From a virus, in the IMG/VR virus record IMGVR_UViG_3300028584_001237: DNA of 64,000 bases. One strand, 5' to 3'. Below are positions 1 to 10,295 of the stretch, piece after piece (positions within the stretch are counted from its first letter, which is position 1; each line of letters starts with the position of its first letter). Made by a program: the position numbers and the translations under genes. The notes under the pieces are model-generated. The model worked only from the letters and a program-made list of their open reading frames with translations, was not told the DNA's origin and searched no databases.

Positions 1-227
1 GCAACGGACTTCTCATCCGCTTTGACATGCAGCATGACATAGAAAACAGAACCGTGTTGAACGCTGAAATTTTCATCATCAAGATAACGATGAATGTCAA
101 CTGGAATGGATTCATGGATAATCGGGCCATCTTCTGAGGATTGGTATGTACTTACTACCACTTCGGTGCCCGTTGGAATTGCATTAACAGCAGAAACTTC
201 TGAAAAATTATAGTTGTGTTTGCTCAT
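1..227 (-). CDS. hypothetical protein, partial (runs off window start; MSKHNYNFSEVSAVNAIP...)
   Basis: ATG at 227 with GGAG upstream; open frame read manually to position 1; not in ORF track. Confidence 0.7.
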   Translation of the reverse strand, partial: MSKHNYNFSEVSAVNAIPTGTEVVVSTYQSSEDGPIIHESIPVDIHRYLDDENFSVQHGSVFYVMLHVKADEKSV

Positions 228-314
228 GTATGGTCAATCTCCTAATAGTTAGACAATCGTAACAAAGGAGAATTAAAAATGCAACAACTATATGAAAACA
301 TTAATAAAATTAAC

Positions 315-336
315 AAAAAAGAGGCCGAAGCCTCTT
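315..336 (-). terminator. intrinsic terminator, AGAGGC-TTCG-GCCTCT family
   Basis: hairpin with C(UUCG)G loop and U-tract just after the 356..892 stop. Confidence 0.9.
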
Positions 337-355
337 AGTTTAACAAACAGTCTAT

Positions 356-892
356 TTATTTTCGACGTTTGTCAGAGCGTTTTGGAGATCTGAATTCAAT
401 GTAAGCCAATTCTTCTGGCGTCAACTTGGCTTTGATAGACGCCACCATACAATCAAATGCCTGTCTGGCTTCTACTGCTTTATTAGCGGCATGAATAGCA
501 TGGACATCAATGTGATTCTTGAAGTCTTCAAATTCTTTGGCGACTTGATCTTCAAAATCCATCCAAAGAAATTGAACAGGAATTTGTTTTTCGTATTTTT
601 CAAAACACATATTTTTATAAGATGTGCCTGTGCGTTCACCTGCAATACCAATTGATTTTGAATATGCATCAATGTCAAAGTGACCTCGATCATCTTCACC
701 TTTTCCAAGATTATCAAAATCCCACCATTCCAAAGTAAGATTGCTGAGTTCAGCGATTTTGCGAACAACATAATTCATGCGATCTTCAATCAGCTTTTGA
801 AAAGCATTAAATTCAGCCAGAGAACATTCGCCAGCAAGGATACGTTGAACTTCGACCTTATCAAGCTTAGCAACAGGAACCAAAGTGCTCAT
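356..892 (-). CDS. hypothetical protein
   Basis: 178 aa ORF, GGAG SD, promoter at 922-950. Confidence 0.85.
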   Translation of the reverse strand: MSTLVPVAKLDKVEVQRILAGECSLAEFNAFQKLIEDRMNYVVRKIAELSNLTLEWWDFDNLGKGEDDRGHFDIDAYSKSIGIAGERTGTSYKNMCFEKYEKQIPVQFLWMDFEDQVAKEFEDFKNHIDVHAIHAANKAVEARQAFDCMVASIKAKLTPEELAYIEFRSPKRSDKRRK

Positions 893-921
893 AAAATATC
901 TCCATTAATTAAGTTTCAGAG

Positions 922-973
922 ATTATATCACAAAATGATTTTAAATGCAAAAAAAAAGAGGCCGAAGCCCCTT
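922..973 (-). promoter_or_regulatory. terminator-promoter cassette (hairpin + U-tract running into TTGCAT-N17-TATAAT)
   Basis: read directly; -10 at 922-927, -35 at 945-950. Confidence 0.85.
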
Positions 974-990
974 TTAATGGAAGAAAAACA

Positions 991-1308
991 TTAAACTACC
1001 AACGCAACAATCTGTGGTTCGCCAGTGGTGAACAACTCAAACCAGTCATGGCGGTCATCCAGAGACTTCCATTTACCTTCACCGGCCACCGATTGAACGA
1101 TCTTACGGTAGCTGTCAAACTGAGACTTGATAGCGTCCTTGTCGAGATTGGATACATCAAGAAGATCAGTCAGATCATTAACGACAGTCATGCCCACAAA
1201 AGCGGTGTCGCCTTGATGCCAAACTTTAACACTGTCTGGTGCGTATTGAGCGAGGTTGCTGTTGGATGGGCACGCATAGCCGATGGCGAGAACGATTTTA
1301 CAGGTCAT
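991..1308 (-). CDS. hypothetical protein
   Basis: 105 aa ORF, AGGA SD. Confidence 0.8.
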   Translation of the reverse strand: MTCKIVLAIGYACPSNSNLAQYAPDSVKVWHQGDTAFVGMTVVNDLTDLLDVSNLDKDAIKSQFDSYRKIVQSVAGEGKWKSLDDRHDWFELFTTGEPQIVALVV

Positions 1309-1424
1309 GGAATGATTCCTATGAAGTAGAAAGAACCATCAAGTTGAACAAGTTAAAAACTAATCCAAATGATGGCCGTGTTAGATTCATTATACCAAAA
1401 GACAACCACGATTTCAAGTGTTTT

Positions 1425-1736
1425 TCAGTTGTTAGGCAGTGTAATACGAACATGAACACAATGCGAATTCAAGGTGTTGTGAGGAATTCTGTTTTTAACA
1501 TCCCGAATGAAAACGGTGTCATGGAAATGAATGGCAAGGTAGCTATCGAGAAAGAAAACTGTATAGACACGACCTTCAAGCTGTTTCTGAGAGATAAAAC
1601 CATAACTACCAGCATTACCACCACCCAGAGCATGATACTCTTTGTAAAGGTGGACACTGTTATTGTCTTTAAAGAAATGGTCAAGACATTCTTCGGCTGA
1701 GTTCCATTCGCGTGGGTAAACGTTGAACTTCGACAT
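1425..1736 (-). CDS. hypothetical protein, paralog of 1790..2137
   Basis: shared WNSAEECL and RVY.V.F motifs. Confidence 0.85.
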   Translation of the reverse strand: MSKFNVYPREWNSAEECLDHFFKDNNSVHLYKEYHALGGGNAGSYGFISQKQLEGRVYTVFFLDSYLAIHFHDTVFIRDVKNRIPHNTLNSHCVHVRITLPNN

Positions 1737-1789
1737 GTCTTAACACCTGATCTGTTTGGTAGGCTATGAGTATATCAAAAAACACCTTT

Positions 1790-2137
1790 TTATTCAAGTG
1801 GCGTTTCGATTTCTTGTGTAATGGTTGGCAGGCGAAGAATGACACGCCGTGTTTTCAATGTGTTAATCCTATTAGGAATCTCTACAGCAAAAACTTCATC
1901 GTGGTAGCAAACAGCAACTGAACGGTCAGAGAATCGGACGGAATAAACACGATCCACAAGCATTTCTGGATGAAGGTGTTGGAACCCACCCGCCAACATA
2001 CCACCACCCAGTGTGGCAAAGGATTCTTGCCAGACATGCAAACCACCGTAGCAATGCATATCAGAATGGTTAGCAAAGAGCCATTGAAGGCATTCTTCGG
2101 CTGAATTCCAATCTTGGTAGTTAATATTAATGCTCAT
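1790..2137 (-). CDS. hypothetical protein, paralog of 1425..1736
   Basis: shared WNSAEECL motif. Confidence 0.85.
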   Translation of the reverse strand: MSININYQDWNSAEECLQWLFANHSDMHCYGGLHVWQESFATLGGGMLAGGFQHLHPEMLVDRVYSVRFSDRSVAVCYHDEVFAVEIPNRINTLKTRRVILRLPTITQEIETPLE

Positions 2138-2208
2138 GGTGATGACCTGACTGTTAAATGAAAGCTTATTTTAGCATTCAATATCTGTTTATGCAAGAAA
2201 TCGTTTGA

Positions 2209-2832
2209 TTAAACAACAGCGTTCTTTTCTCGCAGAATGTCATTAAAAATGTCTTCAATCTTATAATTGTTAGCATAATTCGCCAAGCTAAGGCGATTGC
2301 CATGCATAAAACTAAAATCATACAATTCTTTATAGAGACTGGTCACGGTATCATCACCTCGTTTGATAATGCAAACATCAGTATAAACGGTTTCATCATC
2401 TTCAAGGATATCTTCTTTTGTTTTATGGGGATTTAATGTAATGGTGTGTCTAATTTGATCAATTTTACTGTCAACATGCCACAGAGAGATATTTTCATCT
2501 ACAGTAAAAAATTTATTGAGTTCTACCAACTGACTTTTAGGGAATTCTTTGGATTGCATTTTATCCAACTTGATTTCAAGAAATTTAGATTTCATATCTG
2601 GGCTAGTCGCAATAATTTCTTTGGTCTTTTTGTTGTAGATGTAGAAACCACCAAAGATATAGGCACGAACACCATAATCATTGGATTTAAAAGTATCTAC
2701 CTGATAATAGCTGTTCAAAAATGAGCAAACCTCTTTTTTAAGAAAACCTAGCGAGTAAGCTACATGTTTCACCCAGCAGACAGGTTGTAGAACTGTTTCA
2801 AAAGTTTTAAATGTAAAATCAACTACGGACAT
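2209..2832 (-). CDS. hypothetical protein
   Basis: ORF track 2209..2841; start moved to ATG 2832 after AGGAG; promoter TTGACT-N17-TATTGT at 2859-2887. Confidence 0.8.
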   Translation of the reverse strand: MSVVDFTFKTFETVLQPVCWVKHVAYSLGFLKKEVCSFLNSYYQVDTFKSNDYGVRAYIFGGFYIYNKKTKEIIATSPDMKSKFLEIKLDKMQSKEFPKSQLVELNKFFTVDENISLWHVDSKIDQIRHTITLNPHKTKEDILEDDETVYTDVCIIKRGDDTVTSLYKELYDFSFMHGNRLSLANYANNYKIEDIFNDILREKNAVV

Positions 2833-2952
2833 GTAAATCACTCCTATTAGATGTCATTACAATATAACAAAAATAACTTTTAGTCAAGATATGTTGATAT
2901 TTTTAAGTCAATATGATAGTATTGAAGTCCATCAATATTAATAGGTTTTTCC

Positions 2953-3645
2953 ATGTCAAACACGATACGGGCTAAACGTAGTGATCCACCAGTAAAGAAA
3001 GGTGGTCAAGATGAATTTAAACGGCTACGGGTGAAATTAGCCACCAAAACAGTTAAAATCATCGAGCATTTCAATATGGGTAAACAACTCGCAGAGCAGA
3101 TTATGGATTGTCTTGCTTATCGAGACATACAGTTTAATGAACAATTTTCATTTAAATTTGATACACCAATGAAAGGTAAGCGTATTCCACCATCAACCAT
3201 TACGCTTAAAGAATTTGAACAGCCATTCAAATTCTATATAAGTAATCATAAAGTAAGTAAACCAGCTACTTGTGTCATCACCTTTGACAATAACCAAGAA
3301 GTTCTTGATATTGTATTTAAATTTAACTATACAGTTAAAGGTGATCGATATAATCAATTCTTTGTGAAGTTAATATATGATTCAAAATTTAAATTGTTAG
3401 TTTTTGATGTAGATGAACGCTTTTATGACACTCAAACTAAAAGAATGTCAACCAACAGCATGAAAAAAGATAGTCAACTTCTGTGCAGTGAAGAAGACGA
3501 ATTGTTTCTGCTGAATATGCAATTTAACAAAGACAACACAATGTTAAAAGAAGTCATGCCAGAATGGCATATACCATCAGCGTATGATTTCAATTCATAT
3601 GACTACGTGTCTCGCCTTGGCATGGTTGATATGTTGCTGGTCTAA
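2953..3645 (+). CDS. C-terminal 'DMxxI' motif family protein
   Basis: ends PEWHIPSAYDF...RLGMVDMLLV; promoter TTGATA-N17-TAGTAT at 2894-2922. Confidence 0.85.
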   Translation: MSNTIRAKRSDPPVKKGGQDEFKRLRVKLATKTVKIIEHFNMGKQLAEQIMDCLAYRDIQFNEQFSFKFDTPMKGKRIPPSTITLKEFEQPFKFYISNHKVSKPATCVITFDNNQEVLDIVFKFNYTVKGDRYNQFFVKLIYDSKFKLLVFDVDERFYDTQTKRMSTNSMKKDSQLLCSEEDELFLLNMQFNKDNTMLKEVMPEWHIPSAYDFNSYDYVSRLGMVDMLLV

Positions 3646-3655
3646 TTTTAGGGAT

Positions 3656-3683
3656 AAAAAAAAGAGGCTGCGGCCTCTTTTTT
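3656..3683. terminator. bidirectional intrinsic terminator
   Basis: A8-GAGGCTGCGGCCTC-T6 between convergent genes. Confidence 0.9.
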
Positions 3684-3708
3684 ATTATGTAGAAATCTAA
3701 TATTTATA

Positions 3709-5010
3709 TCAATACATCATAATTTCCAATAATCGAAGATCATCAACGGTTACAACATCAGAATCGACATTGAGAGCTTCCTTTATTTTTTTAGTGACAA
3801 TTTTTAATAACTCATTATATATATCAATGAAACTATCCTTAATTATTTTTTCATTACGATCAAGACTTAATTCTAAATTTTTATCTCCTAAATACAAGGC
3901 AAAATTAGATAGTATAAACAGGTAAGCATAATCATCTTTTCTAGGAGATCGATCAATCTCTGAATAACTACGCCTATGCATAGAAATTTTTTTACCAATA
4001 AGATATTGAAAAGTATCAGGGTATTTTGCATTTGATCTTCTTTTGAAATCTCTCATAGCACAATTATTAAGAAAAAGTTCATCATAAAATTGAAGCAAAG
4101 AAAACACAGAATTTAAATAAGAAAGTTCTATTTCATCCAAAACATCTTTTAAAATATATTTAACAAAAAAATGATCATTTGAATGAAAACTTATGTCAGA
4201 AAAGTAATATTCTTCTATAAAGTAATCAAAATCCTTGATAAAACCCAATTGATTTATACATTCACCTTCTTTAAAATCTTCATTAAAATCGCAAACAAGC
4301 AATGTTTTTAATGGAATATTTTCTACTGATACAGAGGTGCTGTTTATTTTAATTGGATGGTCATAATTACGAAGTCTTTCATTAAATGTGTGATCATCCA
4401 TTATTTTAAAAGTTTTATCAGAAAATTGTTTTTCATAATATTCCCATGTCGATCCATTAACAATTTTCTGTACAATATTATTATCAATAATAAGGCTATC
4501 ATCTTTAAAATATTGATAAAACGCAGATTTAAAGTTTTTAAAAATTAATTCATACAATACATCTATTGTTATTTTTTCAATATTTCTGTATTTAAAAAAA
4601 AGCTCATTGGTCAATTCAACATCTTCAAAAACTCCATCAATATACTTAAAACTGAATAAAGGGCTTTTAAAGCTAAAATAATTATTTGAAAATACAATGT
4701 GACATTCTTCATCGTAGTAACAATTTTTAGAAAAAATTATTTGATAAAAATTAAGAATAGAAAAGAAATTTTTAACAGTATATTTTCCTTCCTCGGGAAA
4801 TATTTTTTCAAAAATAGCTATAATAAGATCATTATCATAATCAAAAACTGAAGTAATTCTATGGTCTTCAAAATTTACACGATTAACTCCTTTGTCATAA
4901 TTAGATTGACCTAAACGATTGTCATAAAGATTAAACCCTAATTCAGAAAGATGGGGCAATAAAATTAATGGATCTCTAATAATTTTTTCAACAAAGAGTT
5001 CTTGATTCAT
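3709..5010 (-). CDS. very AT-rich hypothetical protein, C-terminal motif family (divergent)
   Basis: 433 aa; ends DDLRLLEIMMY. Confidence 0.8.
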   Translation of the reverse strand: MNQELFVEKIIRDPLILLPHLSELGFNLYDNRLGQSNYDKGVNRVNFEDHRITSVFDYDNDLIIAIFEKIFPEEGKYTVKNFFSILNFYQIIFSKNCYYDEECHIVFSNNYFSFKSPLFSFKYIDGVFEDVELTNELFFKYRNIEKITIDVLYELIFKNFKSAFYQYFKDDSLIIDNNIVQKIVNGSTWEYYEKQFSDKTFKIMDDHTFNERLRNYDHPIKINSTSVSVENIPLKTLLVCDFNEDFKEGECINQLGFIKDFDYFIEEYYFSDISFHSNDHFFVKYILKDVLDEIELSYLNSVFSLLQFYDELFLNNCAMRDFKRRSNAKYPDTFQYLIGKKISMHRRSYSEIDRSPRKDDYAYLFILSNFALYLGDKNLELSLDRNEKIIKDSFIDIYNELLKIVTKKIKEALNVDSDVVTVDDLRLLEIMMY

Positions 5011-5186
5011 TTATGATACTTCCTATGATTTTTAAGTTATTAATAGTTCAAACGTTCTGCATTCGGTCAAACCTCGCATCTGCTGTTTACCTTTACTATT
5101 TTATTAACCAATTCTTTATATTCAACGCTTTTCATCAAATTTATATTCATAATTCTCTCCAAAGTAAAGAGGCTGAAGTCTCTTTT

Positions 5187-5654
5187 TTAATTGGCATTAA
5201 AGATCAATGGGATTAAAAACTTTTCTTCTATTTCTGCATAAAGACCATCAAAATCAGGATTCTTTATCGGAATTCCAAGTTTACTTTCGCATTCTTTCAT
5301 AAATACTTCAAATTTATCGGGATCGTCATCTAGGCAAAATAAGAAATAAGGCCAATTTGACTCTGTATCACCGACAATTTTAATTGTAAATTCGTTGTCT
5401 ACATGAACTATATAATCTATATTATTTAAATTTAAAACACCATAAACATAAGAGTTAATCTCATAAAGAACATTTATTGTTTTTATTATGTTAAAATTAT
5501 TTACAGATTCTTGATTAGCCAAATCCTCTACATAATAAGATTTATCTTCAAAAGGAAAAGAATTAATATTTTTAAATCTTCTCCAAGGATATGGATTTAT
5601 AATATCATCAACTATCTTTTGATATTCAGCACTTCTCATTAATTCAATATTCAT
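5187..5654 (-). CDS. candidate immunity protein for upstream nuclease toxin
   Basis: acidic 155 aa ORF 31 nt after the toxin stop; C-terminal half loosely SUKH/SMI1-like (IVHVDNE...YFL). Confidence 0.5.
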   Translation of the reverse strand: MNIELMRSAEYQKIVDDIINPYPWRRFKNINSFPFEDKSYYVEDLANQESVNNFNIIKTINVLYEINSYVYGVLNLNNIDYIVHVDNEFTIKIVGDTESNWPYFLFCLDDDPDKFEVFMKECESKLGIPIKNPDFDGLYAEIEEKFLIPLIFNAN

Positions 5655-5685
5655 AATTTCTCCAATAAGATTAATAATTTAACAT

Positions 5686-6762
5686 TTATTGATACAAACA
5701 CAATATTTGATTCCTTAAATAAACTTGATCCAATGCAACGAGAACCTTTGGATTATAATCAGAATTTATATAATGCCAACTAAAATCATCTATGGTAGCT
5801 TCTGATAAGTTGGTATAGTTTTGCTTATAAAGAATCTGATCTCTCATTGTTCGACCGTCTTCATGAAGAGTTTTTTCTATATTAACAGCACTTGCATTTT
5901 TTGTTATTTCTAATTCAACAGATGTAGGTAATTTTCCACCACCATAATCACGATGCATTATATACATCATAACAGTTGCTTTTGATGGAATATGATCATT
6001 TTCTCTGGTATCAGGCTTTGAATGATTCCGCAACACTTTATAAGCACCAGTATCCCACTCAGCAACTCTAAGATTGCCACTAGCGTCTCTTGATACATGC
6101 TGTGTACTAATAGGGGTTATTGGCATTACATTTTTGATAACTTCTCTTTGAGCATAACCGCAGTTTACTGGATTTTCTCTTTCTATTCTTTTAGTATTAA
6201 CTTTTAATCTTGATTTAATATTTTCATAAGCTTTAGACTTAGTATTTAATCGTTCTTTATAAGCTGGATCATAAAGACCTGTTTCAATAGCAACATCAAT
6301 AGCTCTTTGACTGTATTTTGTATTTGGGTATCTGATGATATAATATTCCAATTCATCTTTAGCTTCCATTATAACATCAATATGATTCTTTTTTGGATTA
6401 TTTAAATCATTTGTGATACGCTCACTTAAATGAGCTACAACCGTTGAATCTGGATCATCAGTAGCAAGCTTTCTGGCAATATGATCATTAAGACTTAAAT
6501 AATCATATGCTTTTTTACCTAAAATAGCAGTGCCAGTTACAACAACAGCACCACCAACACCATATTTAATAATTTTACCAGCCTTTTTAGCCGCCACAGC
6601 ACCAGTAACAACTTTTGCACCAGTTTTTATTTTACCGAGCCATTTGCCTTTTGGTTTTTCACCTGCGTCTGGATAATAGCCATCTGTTGGATATGTAGCT
6701 GTAGCAGCATTTACTACGGAACAAAAACATAAAATAAAAATCCCTATTATAATTTTTTTCAT
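5686..6762 (-). CDS. secreted protein with C-terminal HNH-type (DHIPS...H) nuclease toxin-like domain
   Basis: Sec signal MKKIIIGIFILCFCSVVNA; GAYKVL...ENDHIPSKAT...SAVNIEKTLH resembles Rhs/polymorphic toxin DNase tips; promoter TTGCTT-N17-TATACT upstream. Confidence 0.6.
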   Translation of the reverse strand: MKKIIIGIFILCFCSVVNAATATYPTDGYYPDAGEKPKGKWLGKIKTGAKVVTGAVAAKKAGKIIKYGVGGAVVVTGTAILGKKAYDYLSLNDHIARKLATDDPDSTVVAHLSERITNDLNNPKKNHIDVIMEAKDELEYYIIRYPNTKYSQRAIDVAIETGLYDPAYKERLNTKSKAYENIKSRLKVNTKRIERENPVNCGYAQREVIKNVMPITPISTQHVSRDASGNLRVAEWDTGAYKVLRNHSKPDTRENDHIPSKATVMMYIMHRDYGGGKLPTSVELEITKNASAVNIEKTLHEDGRTMRDQILYKQNYTNLSEATIDDFSWHYINSDYNPKVLVALDQVYLRNQILCLYQ

Positions 6763-6825
6763 AATTCCTCCAAAACCGTGGAGTATATATGAATATAATT
6801 AATAAAGCAACTTAAATTTAAAACA

Positions 6826-6852
6826 ACAAAAAAGAGGCCAAAGCCTCTTTTT
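6826..6852 (-). terminator. intrinsic terminator (GAGGC family)
   Basis: hairpin flanked by A/T tracts. Confidence 0.85.
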
Positions 6853-7193
6853 TACACCTTTACAAAATACCCATCGGATGAATGTTCAAGATGTTTACCA
6901 AAATCATCATTGACTGTATAGCCATTCGATTTCAAATCATTCAACAATTGATGACCATCGACTGGTTTTCCATCTACACGGTCAACGATATCAAGACAAT
7001 CATCGCCATTCTGCCCTGACACTTCAAAGATGTATCCCGGCAACGTAAATTGTCTAGAATATTCTTCCAAGAAATCAGGATGATCCATAAGAGTTTCAGT
7101 ATCCCATGTTTTCTTGGTCACCATATGAAGAACAATCTCATCGTTTTCTGTATCTTTAAGTACGGTGTAGTAAAAATCATTTTTAAGATTCAT
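6852..7193 (-). CDS. hypothetical protein
   Basis: 113 aa acidic ORF. Confidence 0.8.
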   Translation of the reverse strand: MNLKNDFYYTVLKDTENDEIVLHMVTKKTWDTETLMDHPDFLEEYSRQFTLPGYIFEVSGQNGDDCLDIVDRVDGKPVDGHQLLNDLKSNGYTVNDDFGKHLEHSSDGYFVKV

Positions 7194-7249
7194 CAGGTTT
7201 GTCCTTTCGTTAAGTTTTTGTAAAATTTTAAGATCAATGAGTTGTTGAG

Positions 7250-7453
7250 TTAATGATATTCAAAAAACTGGCATAAATCAACTTTAAGAACATAGAACTT
7301 TTCATTCAACAAAAGAACATTATCATTTTCAGTTGGAGCAATGGTTACAATAGAGCTAACTACCATTGCCCTTCGAGTATGTTCAGGAATCTTAGTCGGA
7401 TCTTGCTTGTGTACATTTAAATAATTAACAATATAGATTAGTTTGTTATTCAT
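7250..7453 (-). CDS. hypothetical protein
   Basis: 67 aa ORF, AAGGA SD. Confidence 0.7.
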   Translation of the reverse strand: MNNKLIYIVNYLNVHKQDPTKIPEHTRRAMVVSSIVTIAPTENDNVLLLNEKFYVLKVDLCQFFEYH

Positions 7454-7465
7454 TTGACGTTCCTT

Positions 7466-8233
7466 TTAAGTAATAGCTGGTTGGTTTTGTGTTACAAACT
7501 CTTCAATATCTACTTCAACAAGCTGTTCATCAACCACTTTGTAAACAGTTTTGATATAGCTACCAAGCTGTTCAAGATCATGATAGAACTCAACCACATA
7601 CCAGTCTGGTTTAGGTACATGTCCCGAGACTTTATTAATTTGGTTAATGCAGTATTTCATTTCTTTATGATGCTGAAAGCTGTAAGTGCTACATTTGTAA
7701 AGGCCAGCATGTTTTTTATTGCGTTCACGTTCTAATTCATAAACCAAATTTTCCCGTGAAGTTACCGCCAACTGAAGTTCACAATGTTTACCATCAACGG
7801 TGTACTTATTCTTTTCGACATCAGGTGTGAATTTAAAATAAATCGTGGATGCTCGACTAGGATTGAAAATTTCCCCAAAGAACAAGGACGCAAAGAAAAG
7901 TCCTTCATAAGAGTTTTTAAATGTAAAATCGTCCAGAAAGGGCTTAAGATTATCAATGTCTACCTGAGATAATCCATCCTCTAAGTACATGCTATTTGTT
8001 TTTTCCCAAGAATCTCGCCAAAACGGATTGGAAAAATCAAAAATGATGTTTTTGAAAGAATAACGTGGATTTTTAGGCTCAATGAAAAGCGAGAACCGAT
8101 TAGAGGTTGATTGAGCAAAATAACAGTCTGAAATATTGCTGTCTGGATGGTTTAGAATTTCTTTCAACCGCGATAGAAACTCATAATGTTTGGTCAAGTC
8201 GGTGTAAAAAGAAACGCGATTGTCTGATTCCAT
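7466..8233 (-). CDS. hypothetical protein
   Basis: ORF track 7466..8272; start moved to ATG 8233 after GAGG. Confidence 0.8.
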   Translation of the reverse strand: MESDNRVSFYTDLTKHYEFLSRLKEILNHPDSNISDCYFAQSTSNRFSLFIEPKNPRYSFKNIIFDFSNPFWRDSWEKTNSMYLEDGLSQVDIDNLKPFLDDFTFKNSYEGLFFASLFFGEIFNPSRASTIYFKFTPDVEKNKYTVDGKHCELQLAVTSRENLVYELERERNKKHAGLYKCSTYSFQHHKEMKYCINQINKVSGHVPKPDWYVVEFYHDLEQLGSYIKTVYKVVDEQLVEVDIEEFVTQNQPAIT

Positions 8234-8354
8234 GATAAAACCTCTGTATAATAGATTGCTGGATAGTATCAAATTTATTTGATTTCGTCAATGTTATTAT
8301 ATATAAAACGATAAAAGGCCACCAAAGTGACCTTTAAGAAAATCAAGATGAAAG

Positions 8355-8759
8355 TCAATCTCGCCAGTAAACTTGAAACTTTTCACCTTTTTCATCATAA
8401 AATAAAACTTGCATCATTGTCATGTCTGCAAAATACAACATGGCTTCATGAGCAGTGGCATCACGTTCAATTTCAATGTAGACAGGTTCACCATCAATAT
8501 CAACCTGAAAGTTAAATTCCCAATTGTTGATATCAGCCAAAAACTTATCAGGAAATGGTGAACTCTGCCGTCTATTTTCACGAATGGCAGTTTTGAGTTC
8601 ATCAAATAAAAGAATATACTTTTCGAGATCCTTAAAGTTGCCACTACGAATTTCGGTCCAACTTGAATTGCTGTGGTCGGAATCACCATGCTCATAGTCA
8701 ACTTCAATTTCAAAGCGTGGAAGCACATTCTTTACAATGGATTTCAATTCAAATTGCAT
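8355..8759 (-). CDS. small acidic protein, module copy 1 gene C; paralog of 13225..13626
   Basis: M.FEL.......PRFEI...Y.HG N-terminus and YDEKG.KF.V.W.D C-terminus shared. Confidence 0.85.
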   Translation of the reverse strand: MQFELKSIVKNVLPRFEIEVDYEHGDSDHSNSSWTEIRSGNFKDLEKYILLFDELKTAIRENRRQSSPFPDKFLADINNWEFNFQVDIDGEPVYIEIERDATAHEAMLYFADMTMMQVLFYDEKGEKFQVYWRD

Positions 8760-8867
8760 AAAAAAGCCTCTTCGTTAGAAAAGGGATTATATCAAAATTA
8801 AGTCAAAAATACAAGTTATTATTAAAATTTATAGCATGAAATTAGAATATTATCTATAAAAAACACC

Positions 8868-10295
8868 TTACAAGGTGTTTTTTGATTTTGTCTTTTTTGG
8901 AGTAGGTGTGTCATCTTGTTTATAGATTTTAAACGCTTCTTTAAACTTTTTCGAATGGTGAATTTCTATAGATTTTTTCATGTCTATATCACCATTCAAC
9001 AATATAAGATTAGGATATTGTTCTTGAACAAGTTTATGTAGCTCATCTTTTCTTATATGATATAAAAATGAACAATTATTGTCATCTAAATCAAGGATGA
9101 TTTGATTTTTTTCCAAGTAATCTAACACAGATAAAAGATAATCAATTTTCTTTTCATCAGGCGTGGCGTGAGCAATGTCAGATTGAATATAAGTGCAAAT
9201 TTTCAAATCAGCTTTATCAATAATAGTTAAATTGTGATAATAAGGTTTGAAAAATATGTTATCACCGTATATATGAACACTATTCGTTTCAGATTGCATA
9301 AAGCGGCCTGAGATGTGTGTATAACCATCCGTGTAGGTAGGATAAGCGGATATGACAAAAGATTTAGAACTTAATAGATCGAAGTCAGCAGTAGATTCTA
9401 ACAAAGAAACACCCATTGCTCTAATACCATTATCATCTATTACAGAATGAACCAAGGAATCATCAAAAGATTTAAACCATTCTGGATAACTTGATTTTAG
9501 ACTATCTATGAATTCGTTTAACGCTGGTGTATTTAACAACTCTTCTTCTGTTTTAGCATTAAGCAATAGACCTGTTTTCAAAATTTGCTGAAATTTGAAT
9601 AAATCAAAATATTGATCAAGAGCAGTATAGTAATCGTCCATTAATTTATCATAACTTGTTTCACATGGGCCAGAATACCCTTCCGTAGTAACAATCACAA
9701 AAGATCTAAACTTCTGAGCCATTTGGTAGACACTAAAATCGGAACCCAATAATATTTCAGAAGCTAACTGTTCTTTTAATTGCTCAAGATGATGCTTAAC
9801 AGTATTTTCTTTTGGTTGTTCTTCCTTTAATGTTGTTCCCAAATTTTCAAGTGTATTGGCAATATTGAAAGCTAACAGTCTATATGATATTCGGTCAGTA
9901 TCGGAGGAATCAATATTCTTACTATATTCTTGTTTAAAGTTCTCAACAAAAGACTTAAAAGAATGGCTCTCTTTCAAAATAGCTAACATTTTTTCGGCAT
10001 TTAAATGATCTTCTTTTCTTAATACAGGTACAGAATTATTGATTTCTCCTTTATGTAAGTCAAAAAATATAGAATCATCTAACTTTACAACAAAGTTTTT
10101 GTTATGATACTGCAATAAAATAGGATGCTTTGCAGAATCCGTTTTCGCAATAGACAAATTATAATAATCGTTGAGAAAAGTAGATTGGCAAAATTTAATC
10201 GTGGCGTAATAATCAAAGTTACTATCAGTGATAGCATGTGTTGATTTGAAATCTGTTAATGAAGATAAGAATTCTTGTGATGTAGCTTTTTTCAT
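8868..10295 (-). CDS. uncharacterised 475 aa protein, module copy 1 gene B; paralog of 13689..15074
   Basis: full-length similarity (MKKAT..EF, AYP.YTDGY.HIS.RF); 4-nt ATGA overlap with upstream gene; basic tail. Confidence 0.85.
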   Translation of the reverse strand: MKKATSQEFLSSLTDFKSTHAITDSNFDYYATIKFCQSTFLNDYYNLSIAKTDSAKHPILLQYHNKNFVVKLDDSIFFDLHKGEINNSVPVLRKEDHLNAEKMLAILKESHSFKSFVENFKQEYSKNIDSSDTDRISYRLLAFNIANTLENLGTTLKEEQPKENTVKHHLEQLKEQLASEILLGSDFSVYQMAQKFRSFVIVTTEGYSGPCETSYDKLMDDYYTALDQYFDLFKFQQILKTGLLLNAKTEEELLNTPALNEFIDSLKSSYPEWFKSFDDSLVHSVIDDNGIRAMGVSLLESTADFDLLSSKSFVISAYPTYTDGYTHISGRFMQSETNSVHIYGDNIFFKPYYHNLTIIDKADLKICTYIQSDIAHATPDEKKIDYLLSVLDYLEKNQIILDLDDNNCSFLYHIRKDELHKLVQEQYPNLILLNGDIDMKKSIEIHHSKKFKEAFKIYKQDDTPTPKKTKSKNTL

